Shown piece after piece: positions 9,124-18,627 of a stretch of 64,000 nt of DNA (position 1 is its first letter; every line of letters begins with the position of its first letter). The notes beneath the pieces were generated by a model. The model was not told the DNA's origin. It ran no database searches and worked only from the letters and a program-made list of their open reading frames with translations. The position numbers and the translations under genes were made by a program. The stretch spans positions 3,995 through 67,994 of the forward strand of contig CAZVJB010000004.1 of the NCBI GenBank assembly GCA_964627625.1, in the 5' to 3' direction. This DNA comes from an uncultured Halobacteriales archaeon (GTDB lineage: Archaea; Thermoplasmatota; E2; JACPAO01; JAHFTW01).

Positions 9124-10170
9124 TTATCCGAACAGCGCGCCCAATCCGGCGGCCGCTTCTTCTTCGCTGACTCCCTTCTCTTCGGGCTTCTCTTCCTCTT
9201 TCGAGGCCGAGCCGCCGGCCGAGGCGGGAGCCGCCGCGGCCACTTGGCTCAGAATCTTTACGGAGTCACCGAGGCGCTTCTTCAGCTCCTCCGTGAGGTC
9301 CGCTTCCTTCTTGCCGATGGATGCCAGAATCTTGGCGTAGTCCGCAGTAACGGTTGCTTCGACGGCTTCGTCGACCGAGAGGTTCTTCTCCATGACCAAG
9401 GCGATGGCCTGCTTGTAGGCGCGGCCCAGCAGTGCGTCTGCGGTGTCAGTGGTGATCCAGCCGGTCTGCAGCGACACTTCGCGGGCCGTGCGGACGGCGA
9501 CGCCCATCATTGCGAAGATGACGTCTTCGTCCACGGCGAGTGCGTCGGGCAGGAACAATGTGTCCTTCTCGAACGCGGCCTTGAGGTCAATCTTGAGTTC
9601 GACAGGGCGAATCTCCAGCTTGGCGAGCATGCTGGCCAATTCGGCAGATACTACCATGCCGGCCTTGACCGGTGTCGCGTCCTTCTGGATAACGACCTTG
9701 CCGCCGTCAATCTTGGCGGGGATACCGACCTTCTGCAACTCACCGACGATTGGGCCGGGGCCGAAGGGTGTCGGACCCTTGGGGACCAGGATGTCCGTCG
9801 GGCTGATTTGGCCCGCCTTCAGGGGCGCCATGGAGGCGCCGGCCTTGAGGGACTTGTACAGCTTGAAGGGGTTCTGGTTGGTGGCCAGGATGACGGACTG
9901 TCCGTGCAACTTGCCCGCGAGCGCCTCGACGCCGGGGCGGGTCTTGCCAGCTTCCTTCAGCGCGATTGCGAGAAGGCGGTTCTTGCTACCAAGGACGTGC
10001 ACGTTGCCGCGCAGGCTCTGGCGCATGGCCTGCATTTGCGGGCCCGGGATGCCGCCGACTTCGGCGACTGCAACGACGGAGGCGTCCGTGATGATTTTGG
10101 TAAGCCGCTTGACTTCGTCGTGCTTCCACGGCGCCACGTGGGCGTGGTGCAGCGTTGTTCCCTTCGTCAT
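9124..10170 (-). CDS. rpl10: 50S ribosomal protein L10 (acidic P0)
   Basis: 348 aa, L10/P0 family, identical C-terminal stalk tail to L12; operon position L1-L10-L12. Confidence 0.9.
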   Translation of the reverse strand: MTKGTTLHHAHVAPWKHDEVKRLTKIITDASVVAVAEVGGIPGPQMQAMRQSLRGNVHVLGSKNRLLAIALKEAGKTRPGVEALAGKLHGQSVILATNQNPFKLYKSLKAGASMAPLKAGQISPTDILVPKGPTPFGPGPIVGELQKVGIPAKIDGGKVVIQKDATPVKAGMVVSAELASMLAKLEIRPVELKIDLKAAFEKDTLFLPDALAVDEDVIFAMMGVAVRTAREVSLQTGWITTDTADALLGRAYKQAIALVMEKNLSVDEAVEATVTADYAKILASIGKKEADLTEELKKRLGDSVKILSQVAAAAPASAGGSASKEEEKPEEKGVSEEEAAAGLGALFG

Positions 10171-10868
10171 CAGACCAGCCTCACGGAGGGGCCCATGGTC
10201 GTCTTGACGTACACCGAGGCCACGTTCATCTTGCCGTGCTCGAGCTTGGATTCGACGCGCTTGAGGATCGCTTCAATGTTGTCCGCGATGTCCTCCGCGG
10301 CCATCGTCTCCAAGCCCGCGACGCAGTGGAACACCATCTTGTCCTTGGAGCGCACCTTGACGGTGTTGCGCAGGTTGTTGATGGGGCCGGCCGGGTCGGC
10401 GCCGGGGGGAATGGGGCGGGGCATCTTGCCGCGAGGGCCGAGAACGACACCGAGCGATTTGCCGATGTTGGCCATCAGGGGGGCTTCGGCCAGGAAGTAC
10501 GTCATCTGGTTGACGACGCGCTTGAACTGGCGCTTGTCCTTCTGCAGCCGCTCAAATTCGTCCGGCTGGATAACGACGTCCGCGACCTTCTTGGCCTTGG
10601 AAGCGCCGTCACCGGCCGCAAACACGCCGACTTTGGCCGGCTTGCCGCGTCCCTTCGGGAGAATGATGTCCTCGTCGATGCGGTTCTTCGGAATCGTGAG
10701 ATCCACGTTCTTGAGCATGATTGCCAAGTCCACGGTCTGCGTGAACTTGATTTCTTTCGCCTTGGCCTCGGAAAGGGCTTTGGCGACAGCTTCTACAGTG
10801 GTTTTTTCGGCGATAGGCATCACCTTCCGCGGGGGTCCGGCACCTTGCGACGCCGTTGCGGTAACCAC
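10170..10868 (-). CDS. rpl1: 50S ribosomal protein L1
   Basis: 232 aa L1 family (FTQTVDLAIMLKNVD..., GKMPRPIP); stop/start adjacency with rpl10. Confidence 0.9.
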   Translation of the reverse strand: MVTATASQGAGPPRKVMPIAEKTTVEAVAKALSEAKAKEIKFTQTVDLAIMLKNVDLTIPKNRIDEDIILPKGRGKPAKVGVFAAGDGASKAKKVADVVIQPDEFERLQKDKRQFKRVVNQMTYFLAEAPLMANIGKSLGVVLGPRGKMPRPIPPGADPAGPINNLRNTVKVRSKDKMVFHCVAGLETMAAEDIADNIEAILKRVESKLEHGKMNVASVYVKTTMGPSVRLV

Positions 10869-10962
10869 GCCGACACGGGAGTGCTATTTAGCGCTTTTTC
10901 CAGACGAAACAAGGGTAGGTGGCGCACTCGCTGACCGACGAACCGCGGCAAACAACAACCTC

Positions 10963-11685
10963 ATGCGCGCGCCGTCCCTTGGCGCGTTTGTGACCGAAGC
11001 CGCCGACGCCCCCGACCTCCGGTTGGAAATGCGCACCCCTCGTCCCGTGTTGTGGTTCCGTCGCCATCGCAGTGGCCGCGTCGCGTGGATTCTTCGCGCC
11101 CTGATGATTATCACGATTCTCAGTTCGTTGTGGAACCTGTACCGCGTGACCGACCAAGCGGCTGGCCTGTATGGCCTCATGGAAGAAATCCGGGACGAGG
11201 TCGTCGTCCAGAACTCGGGCGCATACCCCGCACTCATCCAGGACGCGGTGCGCCTGCTTTCGGGAACGGTGTTGTTCGCGATGATCATGGTTCTACTAGC
11301 CGTCGCCATCCTGCCGGTACGGTACGCCTTCTTGTTGTGGGCCGTGGGCGGCAGCAGTCCTGCAACGTACCGCACGCTGCGTGTCTGGTCCGTGGTCCTG
11401 ATTGCTGTTGAAGCGATGCGTTTGCTGTTCTGGCTGAGCCTCGTCGACCAGTACGAATCGATTGTCGTGACGTACACTCCTAGCCCGAATGGCATCTTGG
11501 GCCTCACCCTGTTGGGGTATTCACAAATGGGTGAGGTTCGTGAACAGTTCAACGTTTTCCGACTGAAGCAGCAGCCCATCGCAAAACCTGTGCCCAACCT
11601 TCGTGCCCCACCGCCCGATGACGGCTGGCTTCAGGAAACCGACAGCGGCGACCCGGCCCAGTCATCTTGGAAGAGCAGTGAGTAG
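10963..11685 (+). CDS. Hypothetical multi-pass membrane protein
   Basis: C-terminal 240 aa of the long + ORF track entry show 4-5 clean TM helices (ILRALMIITILSSLW; GTVLFAMIMVLLAVAILPV; VWSVVLIAVEAMRLLFWLSL). The upstream part of that ORF is antisense to the ribosomal genes and was rejected. Confidence 0.45.
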   Translation: MRAPSLGAFVTEAADAPDLRLEMRTPRPVLWFRRHRSGRVAWILRALMIITILSSLWNLYRVTDQAAGLYGLMEEIRDEVVVQNSGAYPALIQDAVRLLSGTVLFAMIMVLLAVAILPVRYAFLLWAVGGSSPATYRTLRVWSVVLIAVEAMRLLFWLSLVDQYESIVVTYTPSPNGILGLTLLGYSQMGEVREQFNVFRLKQQPIAKPVPNLRAPPPDDGWLQETDSGDPAQSSWKSSE

Positions 11686-12656
11686 CCCTGCGCCAAGTCG
11701 TAGGAGAACATGTCTCCCTCTGACAGCATGCCATTTCCGTCCGCGTCAAAGAAACTGAAGATGTCCCCGGTGTAATCCCATTGCGCGCTATCCAGGGTGT
11801 CGCTGCCAATCACGAAGCCGGAGGGGTCAAGAATCTCGAACCGCACATCCTGTAAGGGCACCCAAGCGGTCCCCAGCGTCGTCGTCGCTTCGGCAACCTC
11901 CCCGCCACGTGCGTTCATGCTGCTCGATGTCAACTGGAAAGCCAGATTTGCGGGGACGCGAGGGAGGTTACCGTCAACCTGGATGTTGGGCTTGTCGTGC
12001 GAAAAGTCCGCGACCCAGTCGTTGTCAGCATCTTGCTTGACGGTTAGTTGCAGTGGCCGATAGGGCGGCGCTCGCTCCGCAACGATGACGTTGCTACCTT
12101 CCAAAAACCGGATGACTTCGACGCCGTTCAGTAATGAGCACTCCGCATGCACGGACCCGAGGCCTGTCGCAACGTCAGCCAGGAAGTTGACGCCGGGACC
12201 GGTGTTCCCGCTGGGTGAGAACGATTTCACGAAGGTCGCGTAACGGTAGATGCTCTCGGGCCCATAATCGCGGCCGTAGCCACTTACAGTGCCTGCAAGC
12301 GAATAGAAGTCGCCGACGGCTTTGAGCGTCTCGCCGTTGGCTTGGACAAGTACGGCGCTATTGGCGGGGTCCATGCTAATCAAAACGTCCGTGGCCGTTC
12401 CATCCATTTTACCCTTCATCCGCATGGAAACGGTCTTGCCATTCATCGTCGAGAAGAACGTCTGCAAGGCATCTCCGGCCTGCTGTTTGAGCGCGGCATT
12501 GGGACAGAGCGCCTGGCTCGTCGGCGCGGGGGTTGTGATAATCGGCGCACTCGTCGTATCCGCTTCGTTGCGCTTGATGCCAACGCCGCCCCATTCAAAA
12601 CAGCCTGACGACAGGACCGAGGCCGCAACCAGAACAAAGGCCCACGCCTTGAGCAT
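11631..12656 (-). CDS. Secreted lipoprotein with C-terminal EF-hand-like Ca-binding loop
   Basis: Start at MLKAWAFVLVAASVLSSGC (lipobox). C-terminal FFDADGNGMLSEGD resembles a DxDxDG calcium-binding loop. Confidence 0.5.
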   Translation of the reverse strand: MLKAWAFVLVAASVLSSGCFEWGGVGIKRNEADTTSAPIITTPAPTSQALCPNAALKQQAGDALQTFFSTMNGKTVSMRMKGKMDGTATDVLISMDPANSAVLVQANGETLKAVGDFYSLAGTVSGYGRDYGPESIYRYATFVKSFSPSGNTGPGVNFLADVATGLGSVHAECSLLNGVEVIRFLEGSNVIVAERAPPYRPLQLTVKQDADNDWVADFSHDKPNIQVDGNLPRVPANLAFQLTSSSMNARGGEVAEATTTLGTAWVPLQDVRFEILDPSGFVIGSDTLDSAQWDYTGDIFSFFDADGNGMLSEGDMFSYDLAQGYSLLFQDDWAGSPLSVS

Positions 12657-12925
12657 GAACCCTTCCAGGCGGGTGGCATGATTTGAAGGCAGCGGCCGGC
12701 CTGATTGCCGGCGGCGCGGCCATCCTCTATGGGCGGGTCGTCTACCAATTCGAAGTGGCCCAAACACGGCGCCTTGCCGAACTGCGGGCCGCGCCGTAGC
12801 CCCGTGCGTCACACCCGAAAGCCCGCGCCCAATCGGCTCCAGCCTGGGTCAATCGGTGGAATCGCGGGCAATCGGCGGAATCGGGCTGCCGGGGGCGAGC
12901 AGAAGGCCGCCGCGCCCGGCATGCC

Positions 12926-13513
12926 CTAAACTTCCCAGGTCTCGCTTTTTTTCGGTTCGCCGATGGTGTCGATGCGCCCGCCGCCGCCCTTCATTTTACG
13001 CCCCGCGGTCAAGGTCGTTGATTCCGCAGCCGCTGCACCTGGCTGAGCCGTTCCGTTGTCGACCAGCGTCAGTTCACCCTTGGAGTGGAACGTGACAGGC
13101 TCCTTGCAGAGGCGACCGAGAAAGAGTTCGCAGGACTGAACGACTTTTTTCATGTCCATCTTGCGCTGCTCCGCCGGCGCGTCGGTCGGGTAGCCGCCGA
13201 AGTAGATGGTGAGAAATGCCTTCTCGAGCCGACGCACGAAAATGAGAGTCGATGTTGCGCGGCCCATCGTGAGGTGCGTTCCCGCATTATGCAGGACGAA
13301 CCCGGTTTCGCCGCCGTCTTGCACCTCCCAGCCCTCGAAGCCCATCTCGCGTGCCTGGAGCGGCCCCCATAAGGTCATCTTGGCATGGCGGGGCGCGCGT
13401 GCCTCCCATTTTGAGACGTATACGCCGGCATCGAGGACGTCCATGTCGTTTTCCCCTGTTAAGAACCATGCGCATGACCCATGATGAGGATTGGCAAATT
13501 GTCGTCCGTACAA
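12926..13513 (-). CDS. Hypothetical protein
   Basis: 195-aa ORF with no recognised motif; coding-like composition; diverges from the DUF4190 gene. Confidence 0.3.
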   Translation of the reverse strand: MYGRQFANPHHGSCAWFLTGENDMDVLDAGVYVSKWEARAPRHAKMTLWGPLQAREMGFEGWEVQDGGETGFVLHNAGTHLTMGRATSTLIFVRRLEKAFLTIYFGGYPTDAPAEQRKMDMKKVVQSCELFLGRLCKEPVTFHSKGELTLVDNGTAQPGAAAAESTTLTAGRKMKGGGGRIDTIGEPKKSETWEV

Positions 13514-13562
13514 ACGGCTAATTTGGCGGCAAGGCGAAATAGCCTCGCGCGAGTGGAGTGAT

Positions 13563-14045
13563 ATGGCAGTCAGGTGCCCTCAGTGCTCGAACGTGTTTTC
13601 GCCCGCTCTCGGGCAACCCCCCGTATGCCCCCGGTGCGGATACGGCGGCAGCGCACCTCGCCCCCCTGCCGTGAAGAGCCAAGATCGCTTTCCGGGCCCG
13701 CCCCCGTCCACGCCGATGGCGCCCTACGGTTACCCCGTGCACAAAAAGACCAATGGCATGTCGCTCGCTGGCATGATCCTCGGCATCGTGTCCATCTGCT
13801 TGTTCTGGCTGAGCATCTTTGACATTCCGGTTGCGATTACGGGACTGGTCCTGTCTCTTATCGGCCGGGCACAAATCAAGAAGAAGCCGCATGAACTGAC
13901 CGGAAACGGCCTCGCCCTGACGGGCATCATCACGAGCATCCTGGCAATCGTCCTTATCATCATTGTCCTCATCATCGCGGTCAACCTCGTTGCCGAGCAC
14001 CAAGCGTTCTGTAGGGCCCACCCCTTCGACACGAAATGCACGTAG
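13563..14045 (+). CDS. Zinc-ribbon + DUF4190-like membrane protein
   Basis: N-terminal CPQCS...CPRCGYGG zinc ribbon, Pro-rich linker, then two TM helices flanking RAQIKKKPHELTGNGLALTGII (DUF4190-like). Confidence 0.55.
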   Translation: MAVRCPQCSNVFSPALGQPPVCPRCGYGGSAPRPPAVKSQDRFPGPPPSTPMAPYGYPVHKKTNGMSLAGMILGIVSICLFWLSIFDIPVAITGLVLSLIGRAQIKKKPHELTGNGLALTGIITSILAIVLIIIVLIIAVNLVAEHQAFCRAHPFDTKCT

Positions 14046-14135
14046 GGTCAGAACGCTCCAAAGGTTCTTGCAAGACCATCCCGTCATAATGGCGTGGTCC
14101 TATCCGCCAAGTTCGGCAAGCCGCGCGCAGCCGCG

Positions 14136-14825
14136 ATGGTTTTCTGGCTGTCGACTGTGACGGTCGGTGTCTACTGGTTCTACTGGGCCTACCGGAGCCA
14201 GAACGAACTGTATCGCCAATTCGAACTCAGCCGCGAAAACCGCGACGAAGGCGCCGTCTGGTTGATTTTCGGCGGTTTCCTGCCGTTTCTACGCTACATC
14301 TTTTACCACCACTACGTCGCGAACACCAGGTACCTACGCGAGCGCTTTGGCTTCGCCAAGAGCCTCAGCCCCGGCGGATTTCTGGGTTTGTCCCTCACGG
14401 CGGGCGGCATCTTCACCGCCCTTGGACTTGTTGCCGTCATCATGATTAGCAACTCGTTGGCCCGCGACCCATTTACAGGCGGCGTCATGGTGCGCGATGG
14501 CGACCTGCTTGCCATCGGCCTTGCCATTGCAGGTGTTGCGTCCTTGCAGTGGGTCGTACTCAAGTTCCTTGCCTTGCGCGCTCTGCAATCGGACGTTAAC
14601 GAGATCTGGCAGGCCTACGACGACCGGGCTCGGCAGATGCTCCCGGCGGCATTTGCGCCCGCATCACCACCTAAGGTGCCAACCGCGCGCCCGCCGTCGC
14701 TGCCAACACCGGTGAAGGGGGCGGCACCCCAAAGCGCTTCGCGGCCTGTCGCTCGGCCAACCGCCGGACTGGTGAACCGAGAAACGCGAAAGCCGGAATC
14801 GCAAGGACAAGCACCACCACGATAG
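14136..14825 (+). CDS. DUF4234-like membrane protein with Pro-rich C-terminal tail
   Basis: GVYWFYWAYRSQNE matches the DUF4234 YW-rich motif; 3 TM; C-terminus is a low-complexity Pro/Ala tail. Start chosen at MVFWLST; the ORF opens with GTG at 14094. Confidence 0.5.
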   Translation: MVFWLSTVTVGVYWFYWAYRSQNELYRQFELSRENRDEGAVWLIFGGFLPFLRYIFYHHYVANTRYLRERFGFAKSLSPGGFLGLSLTAGGIFTALGLVAVIMISNSLARDPFTGGVMVRDGDLLAIGLAIAGVASLQWVVLKFLALRALQSDVNEIWQAYDDRARQMLPAAFAPASPPKVPTARPPSLPTPVKGAAPQSASRPVARPTAGLVNRETRKPESQGQAPPR

Positions 14826-15705
14826 CGTAGCTCCAGCCTACGGCCACGTCGCAATTGCCCGCCGAACAGAATACAATCGACAGGACGACGCCGGCACCGT
14901 TGTTGAGGTAGTGCGCAAAGGCCGCCGGGAAAGCGGCAAACCAGCGAATGCGCCGATCCGAACCGGATTCCAGGATGTTGTAGAGGACCATCGACAGGGC
15001 CGAGCTTGCGCCATGGAACGCGACCCGGAACGCGTAATCCAGGTCCGACTCTTGGGAGTAGAGAAAATGCTCACTCCAACCGAATGCCGTACCGACCGCC
15101 GCTGCGACGACGACGCGGGCGATGCGCAAGCCGTTTCCTGCGGGCTGCGTGGACGCAAACGGGGACAACAACACGAGGGCCAAACCCACCTTGAAGAACT
15201 CTTCAAAGGCTGGCGCTCCCAAGGCGAGTATAATGAATGTGCTTTGGAGAATCGCAAGGCCCTGCAGTAGCGCGACGGCTGCGACCACAAGCGTCACAAT
15301 CACCTCCAAAACGGGTGACAGAAGCCCGCTTACCACGAGGGGCACGACGTATCCGAGCCCGGTCAACTGGTAGAGCAGGATGCCAAAGAAGCCGCATCCG
15401 AACAACAAAAGGGCAAACCGAGAGCTGGATTGCGTCGATGCAACCAGAAGTGGCGGACGGTGCGCCGAGGCCGATTGCGGAAAAAACGCAGCCGCCGGCA
15501 CGCTCGCATGTCGCGCGACGGACCGTGAGCCCCAGAACGCGTCGCGGTCCGCCGGGGCAAACCGTGGCACGGAAGCAATGGGAGCCTGCGCCCATGCCGC
15601 CGTCGCTGCCGCGGCTTTCCAATCACATGCAAGGCAAACCCAATGGCCCGTCCGCGCATCGGCAAACAGGGCGGCCGCGCAGCGGGGGCACGGGGGAGCA
15701 ATCAC
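14671..15705 (-). CDS. PrsW-family intramembrane metalloprotease with N-terminal zinc ribbon
   Basis: CPRCAAAL...WVCLACDW ribbon, then polytopic membrane domain with EEFFK (PrsW EExxK), FHG and HYLNN His motifs. GTG start overlaps the stop of the upstream HAD gene as GTGA. The upstream part of the track ORF (to 16056) was rejected. Confidence 0.6.
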   Translation of the reverse strand: MIAPPCPRCAAALFADARTGHWVCLACDWKAAAATAAWAQAPIASVPRFAPADRDAFWGSRSVARHASVPAAAFFPQSASAHRPPLLVASTQSSSRFALLLFGCGFFGILLYQLTGLGYVVPLVVSGLLSPVLEVIVTLVVAAVALLQGLAILQSTFIILALGAPAFEEFFKVGLALVLLSPFASTQPAGNGLRIARVVVAAAVGTAFGWSEHFLYSQESDLDYAFRVAFHGASSALSMVLYNILESGSDRRIRWFAAFPAAFAHYLNNGAGVVLSIVFCSAGNCDVAVGWSYAIVVVLVLAIPAFAFLGSPVRRLAERQAAKRFGVPPPSPVLAATAGARLAP

Positions 15706-16256
15706 GGACGCTTCCCCCGACCGGTGCCAATCATGGTGAGAATCCGTTCGACCGCCGCCGCCAGGTCCGCCACTTCTCCCTTCGGCCCGACGCGGATGGC
15801 CGTGATGCCGAACCGATTCGCCGCCTCGATGTCGCGGGCCTTGTCGCCAACCATGACGGCGCGCGCCTTGTCGACCTGCCCCATGGCCGCGGCGGCGTCC
15901 TCGAGCATGCCGGGGCGCGGCTTGCGGCGGCGGCCCCACGGCAGGGTGGCGGCTTCGATGCGGTCGATGCGGCCGCCGACTGCGCGCAGATCTTCGAGCA
16001 TGCGGGCGTGGATGGCGTTGAGGCGGCGGCGGGTTAGAATCCCGGTGTTGGTCCACGGCTGGTTCGTGACCAAGCAGATTTGGACGCCTGGGCGATTCAG
16101 TTTGGCAACGGCGTCACGCGCGCCCGGGAGCCACTCAAACTGTTTTGGCGCAAGAACTCCGGGCCAGCGGTCGCGGTCGAGAACGCCGTCGCGGTCGAGG
16201 AAGATCGTGAACATCGGGGTGAGCATCGGGGCGCGCCGTCGCGACTGGGGGGTCAT
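15702..16256 (-). CDS. HAD-IIIA family phosphatase (GmhB / histidinol-phosphatase-like)
   Basis: FLDRDGVL (DxDG nucleophile motif), LVTNQ, GDKARDIEAA. ATGA overlap with the folE2 stop. Confidence 0.75.
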   Translation of the reverse strand: MTPQSRRRAPMLTPMFTIFLDRDGVLDRDRWPGVLAPKQFEWLPGARDAVAKLNRPGVQICLVTNQPWTNTGILTRRRLNAIHARMLEDLRAVGGRIDRIEAATLPWGRRRKPRPGMLEDAAAAMGQVDKARAVMVGDKARDIEAANRFGITAIRVGPKGEVADLAAAVERILTMIGTGRGKRP

Positions 16257-17167
16257 TCGAGGGCTCCAAGCGTCGTGCGCCGCTCGGCATACGCGTTGTG
16301 CTTGTGGATGGATTCTTCGGCTTCCGACGAAACGAAGACCCCGAGGTCGCCGAGTTTGCCGAAACGCTGCTTTGCGAGGTGGAGGGCCTCGCGGACGACG
16401 TCTTCCACGAAGCGGGGTTGCCCGTGGGCCTGCAAGACGAGGTCGCCTTCGTCACCGCGCTTGAGGAGTTCGAAGGTTGGGGCAGACAAGGAGTCCTCGC
16501 AGATATCGACGAGGTGTGCGGCCTCCACGTCGAGGTCGCCGGGAAGTTCCAGGGTCAACGTGACCTTGTTGCGCTGGTTATGCGTGATGACCGGCACGTC
16601 AGGAGGCAACTTTTTCCCTGCCGCGTTCAACGAATGGCGGACCGTTTCCATGGCGCAAGGGCAGGCGGACATACCAATGACCTCGACGCCGACGCGGCGC
16701 GTAGCGATTGGCTTGCGCTGTGCTGCCCCACGGAGCGCTTCGGCCTGGGCAAGCAAACGGTATGCTTCGACGCTGGCTTTGCCTCCCGGGTTCTTGCGGG
16801 TGAGGAAATAATCGGCGGCGGCGTGGACCTCGGCGTGGCTTGCATAATCATGGCGTTCCAGCAGCCGCAGCGCGAGGCGGCGGCACAGATTCTCCAGACT
16901 GGGCGCTTCCCCTTGAATCTCTTCGTCCAGGATGTCGGCAAGCGCTTCGAGGTTGCGGCTCATGTGCGTGCCTTTCTGCGTCTTTGGCAAGTCGACGAAG
17001 AGGTCGAAAGTGGCAACCACGCCATGGGGCTTCATCTTGGGGCGGTGGACCGTGACCGGTTTCTTGACGCCGCGCACGCCGACACGTGTCAGGGCAAATG
17101 GGCGCGGGCTCCTGCCGGCCTGGACGTCGGGGGCCCCCGTCGTTGCCTTCGCGGTCTTGTGCGCCAC
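16253..17167 (-). CDS. folE2: GTP cyclohydrolase FolE2/MptA (COG1469)
   Basis: KGTHMSRN signature, CPCAME metal-binding Cys pair, about 300 aa. Confidence 0.85.
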   Translation of the reverse strand: MAHKTAKATTGAPDVQAGRSPRPFALTRVGVRGVKKPVTVHRPKMKPHGVVATFDLFVDLPKTQKGTHMSRNLEALADILDEEIQGEAPSLENLCRRLALRLLERHDYASHAEVHAAADYFLTRKNPGGKASVEAYRLLAQAEALRGAAQRKPIATRRVGVEVIGMSACPCAMETVRHSLNAAGKKLPPDVPVITHNQRNKVTLTLELPGDLDVEAAHLVDICEDSLSAPTFELLKRGDEGDLVLQAHGQPRFVEDVVREALHLAKQRFGKLGDLGVFVSSEAEESIHKHNAYAERRTTLGALE

Positions 17168-17252
17168 GCCGCGTGCAGAGTCAGCCTCGATTTAGAGGGA
17201 ACGCAGGCGGCTGACGTTCCGCAAGACCCAAACCAGAGTTGGCCGCGCGCGC

Positions 17253-17993
17253 CTACCTGAGGCCCGGCTTGACGGCTTTGGGCGGAATGACGCCCGGATG
17301 GTACGGCAGGAAAACCGGCGTCCCCGGCGGCGGCGTGACGCGGGGGTTGAGGCCGGGCACTAGCGGCGGCGCGGGTTTGGTGTGGGCAAGGTGCGCCATG
17401 CCTTCGCGGTTGAACAGGAAGCCGTTGAGGCGGACCCGCACCTGCTGCCATTCGGGGTCAATGATGGAATACACGAATGCGTCCCGGATGAAGCCGTCCA
17501 CCAGAATCCGCTCGCTGCGCATCATTCCTTCACGGACGGCACCAATGCGGTCGAGGGCGCGGATGCCCGCTTCGTTGCGTGTGTCAACCTTGAATTGGAC
17601 GCGGACGGCCTTCATCGTCTCAAACGCATGCGTGAAGAGCAGGAGTTTGGCCTCTGTATTGGCCGGCGTCTTGCGGTGCGACTTCGCAAGCCAAGTGTGG
17701 CCAATCTCGATGCGATGGTGCCGCGTCGATATGCCGAACATCGCGGTGCAGCCAAACGCCTTTTTCGTCCTTGCGTCGCGCTGGAGGAACGGGAGCGCTG
17801 TCCCCTGTGCCCTTTCCTCTAGCCGACGTCCAATCCAGGCGGCAAGGTCAGCCTTGCTAGACTCCATGCCAGGCGCTAGGTGTTGGAACAGGCCGGGCTC
17901 AACCGCGTCGGGCCACAACTCGTTGACGTGTGTCAGGCGCAGAGGCTCGAGGATGACATGGCTGCCTACGAGGGTCACCTCACGCAGCTGCAT
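17253..17993 (-). CDS. GNAT family N-acetyltransferase (RimJ/RimL-like) with Pro-rich C-terminal tail
   Basis: Acetyltransferase fold pattern (HRIEIGHTWL...; FETMKAVRVQFKVDTRNEAGIRALDRIGAVREG). Start at internal Met MQLREVTL; upstream ORF portion rejected. Confidence 0.65.
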   Translation of the reverse strand: MQLREVTLVGSHVILEPLRLTHVNELWPDAVEPGLFQHLAPGMESSKADLAAWIGRRLEERAQGTALPFLQRDARTKKAFGCTAMFGISTRHHRIEIGHTWLAKSHRKTPANTEAKLLLFTHAFETMKAVRVQFKVDTRNEAGIRALDRIGAVREGMMRSERILVDGFIRDAFVYSIIDPEWQQVRVRLNGFLFNREGMAHLAHTKPAPPLVPGLNPRVTPPPGTPVFLPYHPGVIPPKAVKPGLR

Positions 17994-18052
17994 TTCGGCT
18001 GGGAAGTCGCTGGCCACGACGGCGGCGACGGATAAGGGTTGAATAGGTTTTG

Positions 18053-18283
18053 TCAGGGGGCGGCGGCCTGACCCGTGGGTTCCGCCGCAATCTTTGCCAA
18101 CGAATAGATGCCAAGCAGGAGGAACGTGGCATCGAGCAGAACATCCCACGCCAGGTCCATCGCGACAGGGTTGTGCTTGGACACGAGGTTGCGGAGTTCG
18201 CCCTTCTCTTCGGGCGTGGCTTGGCCGCGTTCGGCGCGGGCTGCAATCACGCCGACGCGCTCCATATCATTCTTGGTCATCAT
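18053..18283 (-). CDS. Hypothetical small protein
   Basis: 76-aa ORF with hydrophobic C-terminal segment; no known motif. Confidence 0.25.
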   Translation of the reverse strand: MMTKNDMERVGVIAARAERGQATPEEKGELRNLVSKHNPVAMDLAWDVLLDATFLLLGIYSLAKIAAEPTGQAAAP

Positions 18284-18590
18284 GTTGAGCCTCCGATTCG
18301 AAGTCAGCCGCCTGGCGCCGACCTTTGAAACCCACGACGTCCATTTCCGTCTCCAACTTCGTCATGCGCAAGTCTAGCCTATGAACATTGGCCTCCAGGC
18401 GCCGAAACTGCTCGCTTTTCTCCTTCCGGTGGTCAAGGCGGCGCTGAGCCGCCCAGGTGGCAATACCACCCAGCAAGGCGCCAGCCGCGGCTGCGGCCAG
18501 GGAAATGGACCATGTCTCGAAATCCACAGGCCACGCAGGCAAGTTGCGGCGATCAAGCCTGCCCAGGGGCCGGCAAATTCGTACACTCAT
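18267..18590 (-). CDS. Hypothetical small membrane/coiled-coil protein
   Basis: One TM (ISLAAAAAGALLGGIATWAA) then a charged helical region; divergent from queD with a 37-nt spacer. Confidence 0.3.
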   Translation of the reverse strand: MSVRICRPLGRLDRRNLPAWPVDFETWSISLAAAAAGALLGGIATWAAQRRLDHRKEKSEQFRRLEANVHRLDLRMTKLETEMDVVGFKGRRQAADFESEAQHDDQE

Positions 18591-18627
18591 TGGTGTGCGA
18601 TTCCCCTTTCAAGGGCCTGGCCCTGGC

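Noticed and set aside
8801-9192. About 70-nt direct repeat at the 3' ends of rpl12 and rpl10
   Set aside because: Not a mobile or regulatory repeat: it encodes the shared acidic C-terminal stalk tail ([23 protein letters not shown]) of archaeal P0 and P1, a known feature.
10884-11597. 237-aa minus ORF upstream of rpl1 as candidate rpl11
   Set aside because: Sequence has no L11 features and is antisense to the better-supported + strand membrane protein; rpl11 is not in this operon here.
9106-11685. 859-aa + strand ORF spanning the ribosomal protein operon
   Set aside because: Antisense to rpl10/rpl1 with Arg/Gly/Ala-rich nonsense translation typical of high-G+C genomes. Only its last 240 aa (10963-11685), which lie outside the ribosomal genes and form clean TM helices, were kept as a separate gene.
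15706-16056. N-terminal 117 aa of the 461-aa minus ORF (PrsW track entry)
   Set aside because: Overlaps the HAD phosphatase gene in another frame and is His/Arg/Pro low-complexity. The PrsW gene starts at the GTG that overlaps the HAD stop.
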